64,000 bases of DNA from Lingula anatina (lineage: Eukaryota > Animalia > Brachiopoda), in NCBI GenBank assembly GCA_051362555.1, contig CM120642.1, positions 17,236,001-17,300,000 on the forward strand. Direction: 5' to 3'. The notes under the pieces are model-generated. The model searched no databases, was not told the origin of the DNA, and saw nothing but the letters and a program-made list of their open reading frames with translations. Position numbers and translations under genes: made by a program. This document shows, piece after piece, positions 13,001 through 24,705 of the stretch (position 1 is its first letter; every line of letters begins with the position of its first letter).

Positions 13001-16000
13001 GATGTTGAGTGCACCAGATAATTATTTCAATTATCTACAGCATGAGTGTCTCAGTGCCTGTGCTTTACACCAAATAGTTTCTGATTTAAATGCAGGTGAA
13101 ATAAAGTGGTAATTATAACAATTAATTTCAGGAGCTGATGGAGGAAAAAAGAATGGAAGAAAAGAGAAAAAAGAACTTCCAAGAGTGGCTGGCAGAAACC
13201 AGAAAGAAAAGACAGGTTTGTAATGCCCAAATTTTTACTTTGTGTACTTACTGATGTTGGAAACTAGGCTCAGTTCATGTGGAATGATTGTACATGTTTG
13301 AAATAATCCTTTTTTTTATAATAAAAAATGAGAAACTTTTGATTAATTTTTATGTACAGACACAGATGTGTCTGTACATATTGCCATCACCTGCGTCTGT
13401 CGTCGTCGCCGTCGCCGTCGCCGTCGGCGCCGTGCACTTTCCTTGTAAACACGATAAGTGGAGGGCAGTTTTACTTTTTGGCTTTATATTTACAGAGCTG
13501 ATGAATATTCATAAAACGCAGGTCAAGTTCGAAAATCAGCATGATCGGGCCATTATTGTAGAAGTTATGCTGTTTTTTCACTTTTCAGCATATATGCAAC
13601 ACTGTAAACACATTTAAAGGAAAACCGATAGGCCTGTTGTCATGAAACTTACAGGAGTACTCAATCTTACTAAAATGCAGGTCAAGTTCGAAAATCGGCA
13701 TGATTGGGCCACTATTTTAGTACTTATGCTGTTTTTTCATTTTTCAGCATATATGCAACACTGTAAACACAATATAAGAAAAACAGATAGACCAATTGTC
13801 ATCAAACTCACAGGAGTGGTCAATCTTTCTAAAACGCAGGTTGAGTTCGAAAATCAGCATAATCGAGCAATTATTTTAGAAGTTATGCTGTTTTTTTACA
13901 TTTCCTCAGATTCAATTATTAGGCATGTTAACAGTCTCATTATTTAACTAATAAGATACGTAAAAGTGTTTGATTGACATATCCTGCATCTTTACAACAT
14001 TGTTAGTTGATTTTGTAAAAATGATGGTAAACTTGTTATCGTGCATTGTGTAATAAAGTTTCAAAAATGGAAATAAACTCATATCATTGCAGTTTGTCAG
14101 ATTGAATCATTCACTATGTTCAGAATCTCAGAATGGAGGAAAATGGACATTTAACACTGCTCTATTGATATTTTTCCCATCTCATCAATTTTCTTAGTTG
14201 ATCATATAAAGATGGCAGTAAACTGTTAATTTTGTTTTATGTTAAAAATTGTTAAAAATGGAGAAAAAAAAACATTTCAGAACAGTGCTGTCTTGTTTAC
14301 AATTTGGCATATTCAAGTTGTGACTTTGAAGTTCCATGGGCCTGAAGACCTTTGCTAGTCACATTTTCTGAATATCCATAATACTAATATTTTATTATTA
14401 AAAAATTGATGGTCATTATGCTGTTAAACATTATGTAATATTGCATCAAAATTTGAAAAAAACCTATTTTGTGCACTGCTTCCATGATGACCATTTAAGA
14501 AAAACCCTGTCACTTCAGAATCTCAGAATGAAAGAAATTGGATGTTTAACACTGCTCTATTGATATTTTTCCATTCTCATCAATTTTCTTAGTTGATCAT
14601 ATAAAAGTGGCAGTAAACTTTTAATTTTGTTTTATGTTAAAAATTGTTAAAAATGGAAAAAAATAACATTTCGTAACAGTGCTGTCTTGTTTACATTTTG
14701 GCATTTTCAAGTTGTGACTTTGAAGTTCCATGGGCCTGAAGACCTTTGCTAGTCACATTTTCTGAATATCCATAATACTAATATTTTATTATTAAAAAAT
14801 TGATGGTCATTATGCTGTTTAACATTATGTAATATTGCATCAAAATTTGAAAAAAACCTATTTTGGGCACTGCTCCCATGATGACCATTTAAGAAAAACC
14901 CTGTCACTTACTGCTGTCGGTTACTGTTCTCAAACAGTACAGAAAATATATATAGATGTGTCTGTACATATTGCCATCACCTGTCTGTCGTCGCCGTCAT
15001 CGCCGGCACCGTGCACTTTCATTGTAAACACAATAAGTGGAAGGCAGTTTTACTTTTTGGCTTTATATTTACAGAGCTGATGAATATTCATAAAACGCAG
15101 GTCAAGTTCGAAAATCAGCATGATCGGGCCATTATTGTAGAAGTTATGCTGTTTTTTCACTTTTCCGCATATCTGCAACACTGTAAACACATTTCAAGGA
15201 AAAACCGATAGGCCTGTTGTCATAAAACTCACAGGAGTAATCCATCTTACAAAAACGCAGGTCAAGTTCGAAAGGTTGTTCTAGGTGTTTTTCAGTTTTA
15301 TGCACCTGGTTTTAAAATCATATGGCGATTTTACGACAATTGTTTACTATCCAATCAAGGTGACAGCCGAGCGTGGGTTCATCCTGTCGGTATTCTGACT
15401 GATACTCCAAAATGCGATCTGACACACACCTTGAAAACGGGTGTGGTCCGATATATACCGGTTAATTCAGGATCCTTAGGTGCCGAGTCTGGTAGTTGGG
15501 TAGGCCTGACCATGTTACTTAGGATTGCCAAACTTTCAAAAAAGAAATACAGGACTAAAATGCAGCCTGAGTTGGAAAAGCAGTCTAATTGGCTTCTTTT
15601 TCTGGAAGTTATACATTTTCAAAGTGTGAACTTGAACTCCCCATTGGCCTGAAGCCTTATGCTTGTTACACATTTTACTCACATTGGTATTACCTGTTGA
15701 GCATAATTAAAATTTGATGTTGAGTTTGCAGTTTAATATAATGTACTTTTGCATCAGAATTGACAGTAGCCTATTTTGTGCATAGTTATTTCCTGCTTTT
15801 TGTCTGTACATTTGACAGCTTTGCTGCCTTGTTTAAAGTTTGCTACTGATTTTGAAGAAGATATTATTTGCTCTTTGGTCAAAATTAAATAGATTCTTTA
15901 AACAATAGCAGGAAATGATAGTAATAAATAAACAGTTTGTTTTATTTCTGAAAGGGAATTTTTACTAAATCAAATAATGTTACATGAATTTGAGCTTTGA

Positions 16001-19000
16001 CCAATGCTGCATACTTGATACAGGTTTTACTGGACAAAAGGAATCAAAGAAAGCAGAGAAAGTCAGACATGGCAAAGCGAAGAACTTTTGCCTCACAGCA
16101 GAGGATGAAGATTATTTCACAGCTAGCAGAAGGTGAGACAGATACTGTTCAAAAAAATAAATAAATAAATAAACAAATAAATAAATAAAAAAACAGTCAG
16201 TTCCTTGGCTTAGTGTTTCCATGAGAGTGCTATTACACTGCTCTTGACAGGGTAAAATGTGACCATGTAACCTTGGTAATTAAGTTCTTAGCAAGGAAAT
16301 CTGACTTAAGCTGTTTTTATTTTTGAAACCGGGACCAGAATACTTATCTAGAGAATTGTTACAGTATTAGGTGTTCCAAAATATTGTTTGCCACATCAGT
16401 TTTTAATCAAAAGTGCCCAAGGTCACACATGGGCACTGCACTGCTGTGACCTTGTCTTTCATACCTGTAAAAAAACATTAAACTATAGAACTCTGTAATA
16501 GCACACTTGACTAAGTCTACTGTAACACAAATTAGAAAAAAAAGCAATTATATTAACTATATTTATACAATTTTGATAAATTTGCCATGTGTATATCCTA
16601 CAATAAATTTTACAGTGATGTGTTTTTATTATTGTCACAATTTGAGATAATTATTATTTCAACAATCCATTTCTGTTAAATGTTATCTTTATTTTTTAGG
16701 TGAGAAGAAAAAGAAAAAGGAGGACACTTTTGGAATGAATGATGATGACTGGAATGTTTACAAAGAGATAGTAAGTACTGACAAATTATTTTCAATCAGA
16801 TTAAATTTATTGAAAATATTTCAAAGATTTGGCCAGTGTTTTCTAGTCTTGGCTCACATGCCTTTTATGTGAATCTGACTCAGCTGGTTTAACTTAAACT
16901 AGTGAGCTTCTTCTTCAGAAAGACACTGCAAATAGACAAATAAAGTGAAGTTGACATTTTGCATTATAAAAAAGGATCTATTGAACATTTATTTAACAAT
17001 ATACTTTGTTTCCAGTAACTTGGTACCTGTCCCTTTTGGGTATCTCTGTTTTTTATTATTAATCAAAATAATTAGCTGCTGTATTCTATTGCATTTAATT
17101 CATTGTTTAGAATTAAAGTTCATGATTGCTCTCTGTGTTTGTTTCAGAACATCAGGGCAGGAGACAGTGACTCTGAGATGGAACAAGAACAACTGGAAGA
17201 GCTAGAAACTATGCTGAAGGAGTATGATGAGGAGTTTGCCAAGTAAGCCATGTTATCAGTTTGTAAAATTTATGAAACAAAAAAATCAAAGGCTTTTACT
17301 TTTAATGTTGTTGTTTTTTTTTTATTTACTAGTAAGTTATGATCACATTGTTCAGAAAACTATAAAGTATTTGTTTTTTGATTTGGTTAGGAATTAAAAA
17401 AATATTTATTGTAAAAGCGCATCATAGATTTGTTAAATGTATTAAATGATCATGCTGATGATAAAATGCCTACCTCCTCTCCCATATTAGTACTAGCTAC
17501 AACATGAGATCTACATGTTCAACATGAGCTGTATGCAGCATACAAGAACTTAATTATATTCAGTTGCAGCTGAGATGTAATTTGCTCTTGTATGTTGCAT
17601 ACAGGGGATGACGAGTAGTTGTAACTGAGTTATCCCAAGGCTGACATTTTGAACAATAGGATGAAGGCGTGTATTTAAGTGCACCTAAGCGAAATACAAG
17701 TAGAATTATCCTATTGTTTAAAGCACCTGCTGTGGGATAATTTAAATTATTTTACCCAAAAGGTCTTGGTGCAGATTAAATTTAAAATCTTGTGGGAAGA
17801 TCATTATAACTTTTGTAATGTTTATCTTTTTTTTGTTATTTCAATCATCTGTATAGTCTGTTAATTTAAATTTTGTTTCAAGTTTTCTTAATTTTTTATT
17901 TCTAGAGACTGTGACCCACAAAATGGTGATGGTGTGTTTGACATAGCTGAGTATTATCGTCTCCATGTTAGCACAGAGCAGATCAGGTTGGAATTGTTTT
18001 ACTAGATGGAAATTATGTTCTTAATAGAGATCCACATAAAGCTTTAGGTTGGCCTTTTTTTTTTCCTTGTAAAAAATCGTCACATAATACACTGATGAAT
18101 TCATCTACAATGAAATTATCTATGTTTATCAACTTCTGCTAGAAATTTACTCTTATTTCCATTCACCTATGGGTATATGGTTATGTAATAATTGATTTTA
18201 TATTTTTCACATTTTTACTATTTCAGAATACCTGAACTGTTATTCCAGCCCTCAATATTAGGAATGGAGCAGGGCGGTATTGTGGAAACGCTGGACTTCA
18301 TTTTAAAGAAGTACTCCCCCCAGGAGCAGCTAGACCTAGTTCAGGTGAGGCCGTTAGAAGTGAAAGCAACTGTCACTAGGGGGCGTTCCAAGACCTCCAC
18401 CAAGGAAAATGGCGATAACTGAAAGGGATATCAGAAACAACTATTCTTTTTCAAATTATATTAGAAAAGCAGGTGCAAAATATTGCTATCAAGCAAAATA
18501 AATACATTTTACCTTGGATATATACAAAATGAAACTACCTTTTATTATTGATACATTACATCTAATGGTTCAGAAGTTATTTTTCAAATAACAGCTAAAA
18601 TTGAATTATTACCTCTTCATTATTTCAATGTCTCACAAGACAGGAATGAGGCTGTTATAATACCTTAAAGATCTTCTTAGGTGAAGTTATTTGGATTTTT
18701 TTGTTTTTATCTATTCTCCACACTTTTTACTTTTCAGTATGTTTTTTTGACTGGAGGCTGTGTATCCTTTCAAAACATGAAGGAAAGAATGGAGAACGAG
18801 ATAATGGCTATCAGACCTTTCCAGTCTCCATTTTCTGTTCACATGGCAGGTAAGAACTTACACATTTTGAGGCAAGTTTCCAGTGAAGATGGACTGGACT
18901 TGCTCAATATCTGATCAGCAGATAATCTAGGTTCTGTTTCACATACATACACATAAGGGATGTAGAGTAGTTGTAACTGACTTATCCCAGGGCCAGTGCT

Positions 19001-19479
19001 TTAAATAGTAGGATGAATGCACTGAAGCAATAAATAAATTAACTGATCAGAATGAATAAGTCACGGCAGGCATTTGAATGTATTTTATGTTCACATTAGA
19101 ATATATACTCCATATAACTTGCATATTTTAGCATATGGAAACTTTGAGTTTGGCAATGTTCATATCAGTGTCATTATGTTGGTGTTTATTTTATATCCAA
19201 ATTATATTTTAGAATTTTCTCCTTTCTAATCAATAAGATGACAAATTAAATAAGCAGAATCGGGCAGTATTTTGTTGAATTATATTATTTAATGATTTTT
19301 GTATTGCAGAAGACCCAGTGCTGGATGCTTGGCATGGCGCCAGGAAATGGGCCCTGTCGTCTGCTCTGAAGGTCTGCAGCATAACACGAGCAGAGTATGA
19401 GGAGAAAGGAGGAGAATATTTGAAAGAACACTGTGTGACCAACAGATATATTCCAACCCCTGTACTTGTACCAACATGA
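7020..19479 (+). CDS. ACTR5: Actin-related protein 5 (ARP5, INO80 complex subunit), 20 coding exons
   Basis: Exons: 7020-7035, 7762-7869, 8373-8461, 8893-8997, 9426-9537, 9796-9891, 10333-10526, 10766-10882, 11136-11234, 11464-11544, 11943-12074, 12646-12795, 13132-13215, 16024-16132, 16700-16770, 17148-17242, 17906-17986, 18227-18344, 18738-18849, 19310-19479 (TGA). Peptides [87 protein letters not shown] and [13 protein letters not shown] match ARP5. Confidence 0.95.
8475..8640. mobile_element. MITE with CAGGGGYGGAT-type termini in ACTR5 intron 3
   Basis: Starts CAGGGGTGGATC, ends AATCTGCCCCTG; flanked by 5-bp direct repeat TAAAC (8470-8474, 8641-8645). Confidence 0.6.
9515..9733 (+). repeat. 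110-bp tandem duplication of the ACTR5 exon 5 3' end and its donor site
   Basis: AGGCAAC|GTAAGATTTGGCTT occurs with GT at 9538 and again at 9648; the downstream intron sequence is duplicated too. Confidence 0.85.
13345..15835 (+). mobile_element. Helentron-associated non-autonomous element (HINE / DINE-1-like) with internal tandem arrays, in ACTR5 intron 13
   Basis: T-rich start, 5' palindrome TGTACAGACACAGATGTGTCTGTACA, (GTC/GCC) microsatellite, 159-bp units (GCAGGTCAAG/GCAGGTTGAG at 13518, 13677, 13836), about 395-bp units (14119, 14514), a second head at about 14936, and a 3' GTCTGTACAT plus hairpin GACAGCTTTGCTGCC then TTGTTT at about 15802-15835. Confidence 0.7.
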
Positions 19480-19715
19480 TGCTTATGTTGTATTTTCTGA
19501 AAAGCTTTTTTTATTATTTTTACACGGAACATTTGTAAAGAATGCTGTCTAATAAGTTTGGGGTCAATCAGTGCATATTCATGGGAGAAGCAGCCAATAG
19601 ATGCCCGAAACTGAAAACTCTCTCTAGTTCTGGAACAGACCTCTTTTTTGTTGCATTTTGTAGAGCTTGTGAAGTGCAATACTCTAGGTGGTAACCGTTT
19701 TTTTTTGTTTGTTTT

Positions 19716-20080
19716 TCATACGGAAACATACAACGTCAAAATATTCAGTGGTGAAAATAAAATGTGAAACACGCCAAAATTAGCAGAGTTACGCCCACAG
19801 TTACAACTTAACTTGAATAGGAGGTCTTTCACTGGCAATCTTACTGTGACCTTAAAATGGACCTTTGACCCACTTTTCTCTGCAGTCTTCAAATTTTCCG
19901 ACTCATATTTCCAAAACTGGCAGAGATACGACCATAGCTACTATTGAACTTGAATAGGAAGTCATATGCTGGCAATCTAACTATGACCTTGAAATTGACC
20001 TTTGACCTTCCCATGAACTATACTTTGCAAATTTCTTCACGCTTACATCTCCAAAACTGGTAGAGATACGCCTGGTAGAA
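19716..20080 (+). repeat. Fragment of an interspersed repeat with about 138-bp internal units (GACCTTTGACC family)
   Basis: AAAA(C/T)T(G/A)G(C/T)AGAG(A/T)TACG recurs at about 19776, 19913 and 20053, with TGACCTT...GACCTTTGACC motifs. Confidence 0.55.
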
Positions 20081-20088
20081 ATACTTTA

Positions 20089-20291
20089 TCAGCACTTACT
20101 ATCTCTTTGTAAACATTCCAGTCATCATCATTCATTCCAAAAGTGTCCTCCTTTTTCTTTTTCTTCTCACCTAAAAAATAAAGATAACATTAACAGAAAT
20201 GGATTGTTGAAATAATAATTATCTCAAATTGTGACAATAATAAAAACACATCACTGTAAAATTTATTGTAGGATATACACATGGCAAATTT
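20089..20291 (-). pseudogene. Inverted duplicate of ACTR5 exon 15 with flanking intron
   Basis: Reverse complement of 16578-16781 (exon 16700-16770, its acceptor region and donor), almost identical. Confidence 0.9.
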
Positions 20292-20564
20292 TTACGTCTG
20301 GTCGGGCTTGTTGCTGTCACGTTTCACCTGTCCCCAGTAATTTTCCACTGCCCCCTCCCCCCCTCCAAAAAAAAAAAAAAAAAAAAATTGTATAAATTTC
20401 TCAATATTTAAGCTGGTTCCTGAAGGTGTGTATACACCCGGTGATTATGGACAGTGTTGCATGTTGTCCATCATTTCGAGGCATGCTCCGTCATTACAGG
20501 CTCAATACTACAACAAATGCCCCTCAATACTCAACATCGGCCCGAACGAAGCCATATTTGATAA

Positions 20565-21049
20565 AACCCCTTTACACTGGACGGCGTCCTTTCTCTATCC
20601 TTGAAACTGGCCAGGACGCCATTGGACGCTGAAAGAACGCACACAGAACGTTCAAGTATCGCCGAAGACGCCATGGTGGCATGTTCAAAACAATCGCACA
20701 GAGAACGCAAAGGATGGACGCTGAAAGGTCGCTCAAGGGACGCAGAGAGGACGCACAAGCATCGCCGTGGTCGCAGAAAGGAGGCACAAATATAGCTTTG
20801 GTTGCAGAATGAATACTCAATGATCGACCAGTAGTAAAGCCCCCTTTACACTATACGGCGTCCCTTCTGCGTCCAGCAGTTAGGCCCCATTTGAGGGTTA
20901 AAGAATTATAATACTTTACGTGCCGACAACTGGCCGATCATTGAGCATTCATTCTGATACCAAATCAATGCTCGTGCCTCCTTATTAAGACCATAGCGAT
21001 GCCAAATTTCATGGTCGCAGAAAGGACGCCGTCCAGTGTAAAGGGGGTA
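20565..21049. mobile_element. PIF/Harbinger-like MITE
   Basis: TIRs CCCCTTTACACTGGACGGCGTCCTTTCT and AGAAAGGACGCCGTCCAGTGTAAAGGGG, flanked by TAA; a third terminus copy at about 20839. Confidence 0.65.
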
Positions 21050-21529
21050 TAAGCACGTAAAATGCTGTTTATTTTCACTCTCAAACGGGGCCATCGGTAA
21101 GGTATTCATCTCCAGAGACAAGAAATCTGAGGGTATAGCTTGTAATGGTCTCATACTAGCTTCCAATTGGTATTTTTTTTCTAAAATTCTTGAACCGATC
21201 CATTTTTGGAGGTAATTTTAGAGCGAATATTTTGCCTTTTTTTTTTCAAAATACAGTTCTTGTCGCAGTTTTTGCAGAATGCGTCTTTTGACAACGAACT
21301 CAAACATTCTGTGTTGTGTCACGCGGCCTTTTTTCGTCTTCGGTGTCTGCATGCCTATCATTCTTATAAGGACAACAATGATCATGTGGCTTATTATCAG
21401 CCCATGCAGACCTTGCATTACAGATGTTTGAAAAAAGAATTTTATACCTAATTATATGTTTTGTTTTCTGAAGATGTTCTTAATTGGGTGACCGGGTTAC
21501 TGATAAAGAAATATAAAAGAGTCAGAATA

Positions 21530-21960
21530 TATCGAAGAACGCCCAAACAACGCTCATTGGTCAAGCAGGAGGCAAAAAGATCGCGGAATGGTCGCCACTG
21601 ATCGTCGGTGAAGGTACAGAGAACGCAACGAGGACGCTCAGCGGTCGCCCAAACATCGCAATGGACGCCGTAGGCTGCACAGGAGGCGCGCACTGGAGGA
21701 AGGCAGGTCGGTCACTGGACGCACAGGTCGCTCAGTAGACGCACAGATCGCTTGCAGTTTTACACAGGTAAAATCAAAATTCGGTCGTTCAAAGGACGCA
21801 CAAGGGACGCAGAGGCCTTTACACTAGGACACAATTTCATTTCTTTGGCGACCATTCGGCCTCCTGATTACATTTTTGATCGCAGAAGGGACGCAGAAAC
21901 GATGCCATCCAATGTAATGGGGCCTTTCAGGGCGTGATACGAAGATCCTCATATACTGGA
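21530..21960. repeat. GC-rich interspersed repeat fragment (GGACGCACAGGTCGCTC motifs), related to 20600-20790, 38660-38990 and 53080-53260
   Basis: Shared GAAATCAAAATTCGGTCGTTCAAAGGACGCACAAGGGAC-type blocks at about 21770, 38790 and 53192. Confidence 0.55.
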
Positions 21961-22642
21961 TAATCTAGGATAAAATGTTTTTCATCTTCAACACATCCTA
22001 AATCACATACTAAACAGCTAAAACAAATTGCGCTAAATACTTCCCCACCTTTAATGATTTTGTGTTTTCGCACCATAAAAACAGCAGCTAGAATATGACG
22101 ACTCCCGCTTACGTCATATATACCAAATCACATAATCATCAGAAGTTAGTACATTATCCTTTAGTCGCTATGTGCAGAATATAAAAGACGACACTGCGCG
22201 TGACTACGCTTCGCCCTCATGTCACATCACTCCTACTTCTAGAATTGCACTCGGTGACACACGATATGAGGTAGTGGTTTCTTACCCCTAAATATAAGAC
22301 TAAAAGAACAGTACGTTGTATGCAAATACATAAGTTTTTACTTACATTACGATGTTGTCTTCGGTATACACACTGTCACACGCACAAAAACAGTGAGATG
22401 AATGCAGCAACGGCCGGAAAATCTGAAGACGACCTGAGTCGACCTCCCAACCCAAGGCCGCACATGCGCGGCAATAGCTCGGCCTGAGAGATTTAAAGTT
22501 GGCATTGCACGTTTTCTACTTCTGTGATTGTATATCAGTTCAGTATCGAGTGGCAGTGCATGTGCAATTCGAGTCGGCAGTGAGGACGATTAATCTCTGG
22601 GAAATACTTTGGCAACGAAAAAAGGAACGCTGGTATATCACG

Positions 22643-22679
22643 ATGAAGTGTCTTTTAATATTGATGCTAGCCCTTACAG
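22643..22679 (+). other. Extra copy of the beta-lactamase-like signal-peptide exon 1 (alternative or orphan first exon) upstream of BL1
   Basis: ATGAAGTGTCTTTTAATATTGATGCTAGCCCTTACAG|GTATTT = MKCLLILMLALT; same length (37 nt) and phase as exon 26070-26106. Confidence 0.7.
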
Positions 22680-23355
22680 GTATTTTTGTTATTATTTCAG
22701 TTTCATAGCATCTTATCGATTATATTTTTGCATAACATTCGAAGTAGCCCAAGTTTGTATGACAATCGCACCACTTGCAGTACTTACAGTTGGGTGCTTT
22801 CGTTTGTCTGGGATCGTGAAACTTTATAGTTAATTAAGTGGCGGATGGAGGCCGTCTTCTGGATCTTGCGATAGACGGTCAAAACTTTTTAAGTTAACAT
22901 TGAAAGGTATCGATTTTTTTTTCTGTCGGAAAAGGGTTAAAAATTTTCAAGATTTCATTGACGATCTTCTTACTTTGTCTGTGACGGTCTTCCATGATTA
23001 TGTTAAAAGCTGACAGTATTCCAAATTAACTACTCTACCATAAGTTGAGCTTATTAATTTATGACGCAACTAAAATGCCTGGTGAACAGAGGGAATGTAG
23101 GAGCTCGTAAACAATTTAACTGGTAAATTATGCACCGCCACACTCCCCAAGCCAGGTAAACAGGTAACTCAACGTGTCAGATTTTTGGCATGCTTTCAAT
23201 GTATCTTTCTTTTTTTCATTGGGTAATATTATGTTATTGGTATTTTTAAAAGACGTTTAATGTCGATATTTAAAACAAGCGAGTTTGGACACGGTCGCAA
23301 ACATTCAAGAAAGAGACCTCACGAAGATTATCTTGAAGCATGGACATGATCAGGC

Positions 23356-23523
23356 CAGGGGCAGATTTAGGCCGTCTTCAGGGTCTTCCGGAAGACGGTC
23401 AGATTTTCAAGTTTACATTGACGGGTATCTAATTTTTTCTGTCGGAAGACGGTCAAAAATGGAGGATGGATCAACAAAGATAATTTGGAAGATTGTCAGA
23501 AAATATCTCTGGATCCGCCCCTG
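23356..23523. mobile_element. MITE (CAGGGGCAGAT...GGATCCGCCCCTG), related to the copy at about 22838-23000
   Basis: Inverted termini; internal AGGCCGTCTTC...AGACGGTCA block also at 22849, 39860 and 53298. Confidence 0.55.
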
Positions 23524-23829
23524 AGGCATTACTTCCGTGGATCCCCCTGACACCCCTCCCCCTAAATCCGCCGCTGATGAATGACTTTGCCCTTGCTAAC
23601 AGTTTAACATGACGCACTGGACATGACCAAGTTATGTTTCTCATCACTGATTAGCACCTGATTGGCACAGGTACATGCCGGTATGTGCATGTAGCATGGG
23701 TCCAAGATTGGAGAGAATGCGATCTGGACATTTTCTTACCTGTTGTGTCAGTGTTGGTTATTAGGCCAGTAAACGAGCATATTTTCGACATTGAAGTTGG
23801 AAAAAATATCTGACAAAGGTTTCTCAACT

Positions 23830-24705
23830 GACTTCGGTTTGTTAAAGGCCCCATATAGCCAAAAAAAATTTCCCCTTGAATCCCCCCACCCCCATGGCAA
23901 AAACCCGTTTTCGGCGAAAATCCAAAACGGCCGCCATTGAATGGGGTGGGTCACCTTGAAGTCCATATCTTGGTAACCCAATGTAACAGAAACATGTTAT
24001 TTATAACACACTTATAAGTGTGTATAACACACTTATAAGTGTGTATTTCCACTAAGTGTGGTACCTGCAATCACTTGCGACATTAGTTACAAGGTCAAGG
24101 CATTTCTGAACAAAAATGCCATAATATCTACATTTTGGTAACGCTATGTCATTAAAACATTTTAAATATCAACTTTTTCTATGTTATAGATATCGCCAAT
24201 CATTTGCAACTTTTGCATAAAGCCACCAAAGGTCAAGGTTATGACCTAATTTCAAGTACATGGTATTTTTGGAGCAGAAAAATGCCACATTATATGTGAT
24301 CCAGTGTCACAGAAATATGTCAACTACCACTAAGGAAGGTTCCGCCAATAATTTGCAACTTCTGTCAAGGTCACAGGATGTCACGGTTGTGATCTAATTT
24401 TCAAGGTCATGGCATTTTGGCTCGGGCAAAATTTGTCATCATATCTCCATTTTGATAACCCAATGTCACAGAAACATGTTTTAAGTATCAATTCATATAC
24501 TACGTGAGATATCGCCGATCATTTAAAGCTATTCCTCAGGTCACCAGAGGTCAAGATCGTGTCCTTATAGCAAGGCCGTCATTAAATTTGTCAAAAATTG
24601 ATCTTACGGTAATCAAAATGCAAGACGGATGGTTGCTTGTAGATCATTTCATTACAGAGAAAAGGCAGCGGCATAACTGTTTACTTGGACATAATAACGA
24701 ACGTT
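23830..24705 (-). repeat. Interspersed repeat with internal degenerate tandem units (AAGGTCAAGG family, HINE-like)
   Basis: AGGTCAAG/AGGTCACAG motifs at about 24090, 24228, 24367 and 24548; absent from the paralogous regions upstream of BL2 and BL3. Confidence 0.5.

Noticed and set aside
12996-13084. ATGATG...CTGA as a possible box C/D snoRNA in ACTR5 intron 12
   Set aside because: Box C is imperfect, there is no terminal stem, and I cannot identify a guide target.
13500-14900. Regular repeats as a possible CRISPR-like array
   Set aside because: Whole units repeat with no unique spacers, there are no cas genes, and the context is a eukaryotic intron.
13288-15211. Repetitive ORFs with [15 protein letters not shown]
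   Set aside because: Translations of the 159-bp tandem units of the HINE-like element.
20426-21937. Overlapping GC-rich ORFs on both strands
   Set aside because: They lie in Harbinger-like MITE and related repeat sequence; no splice structure or domain.
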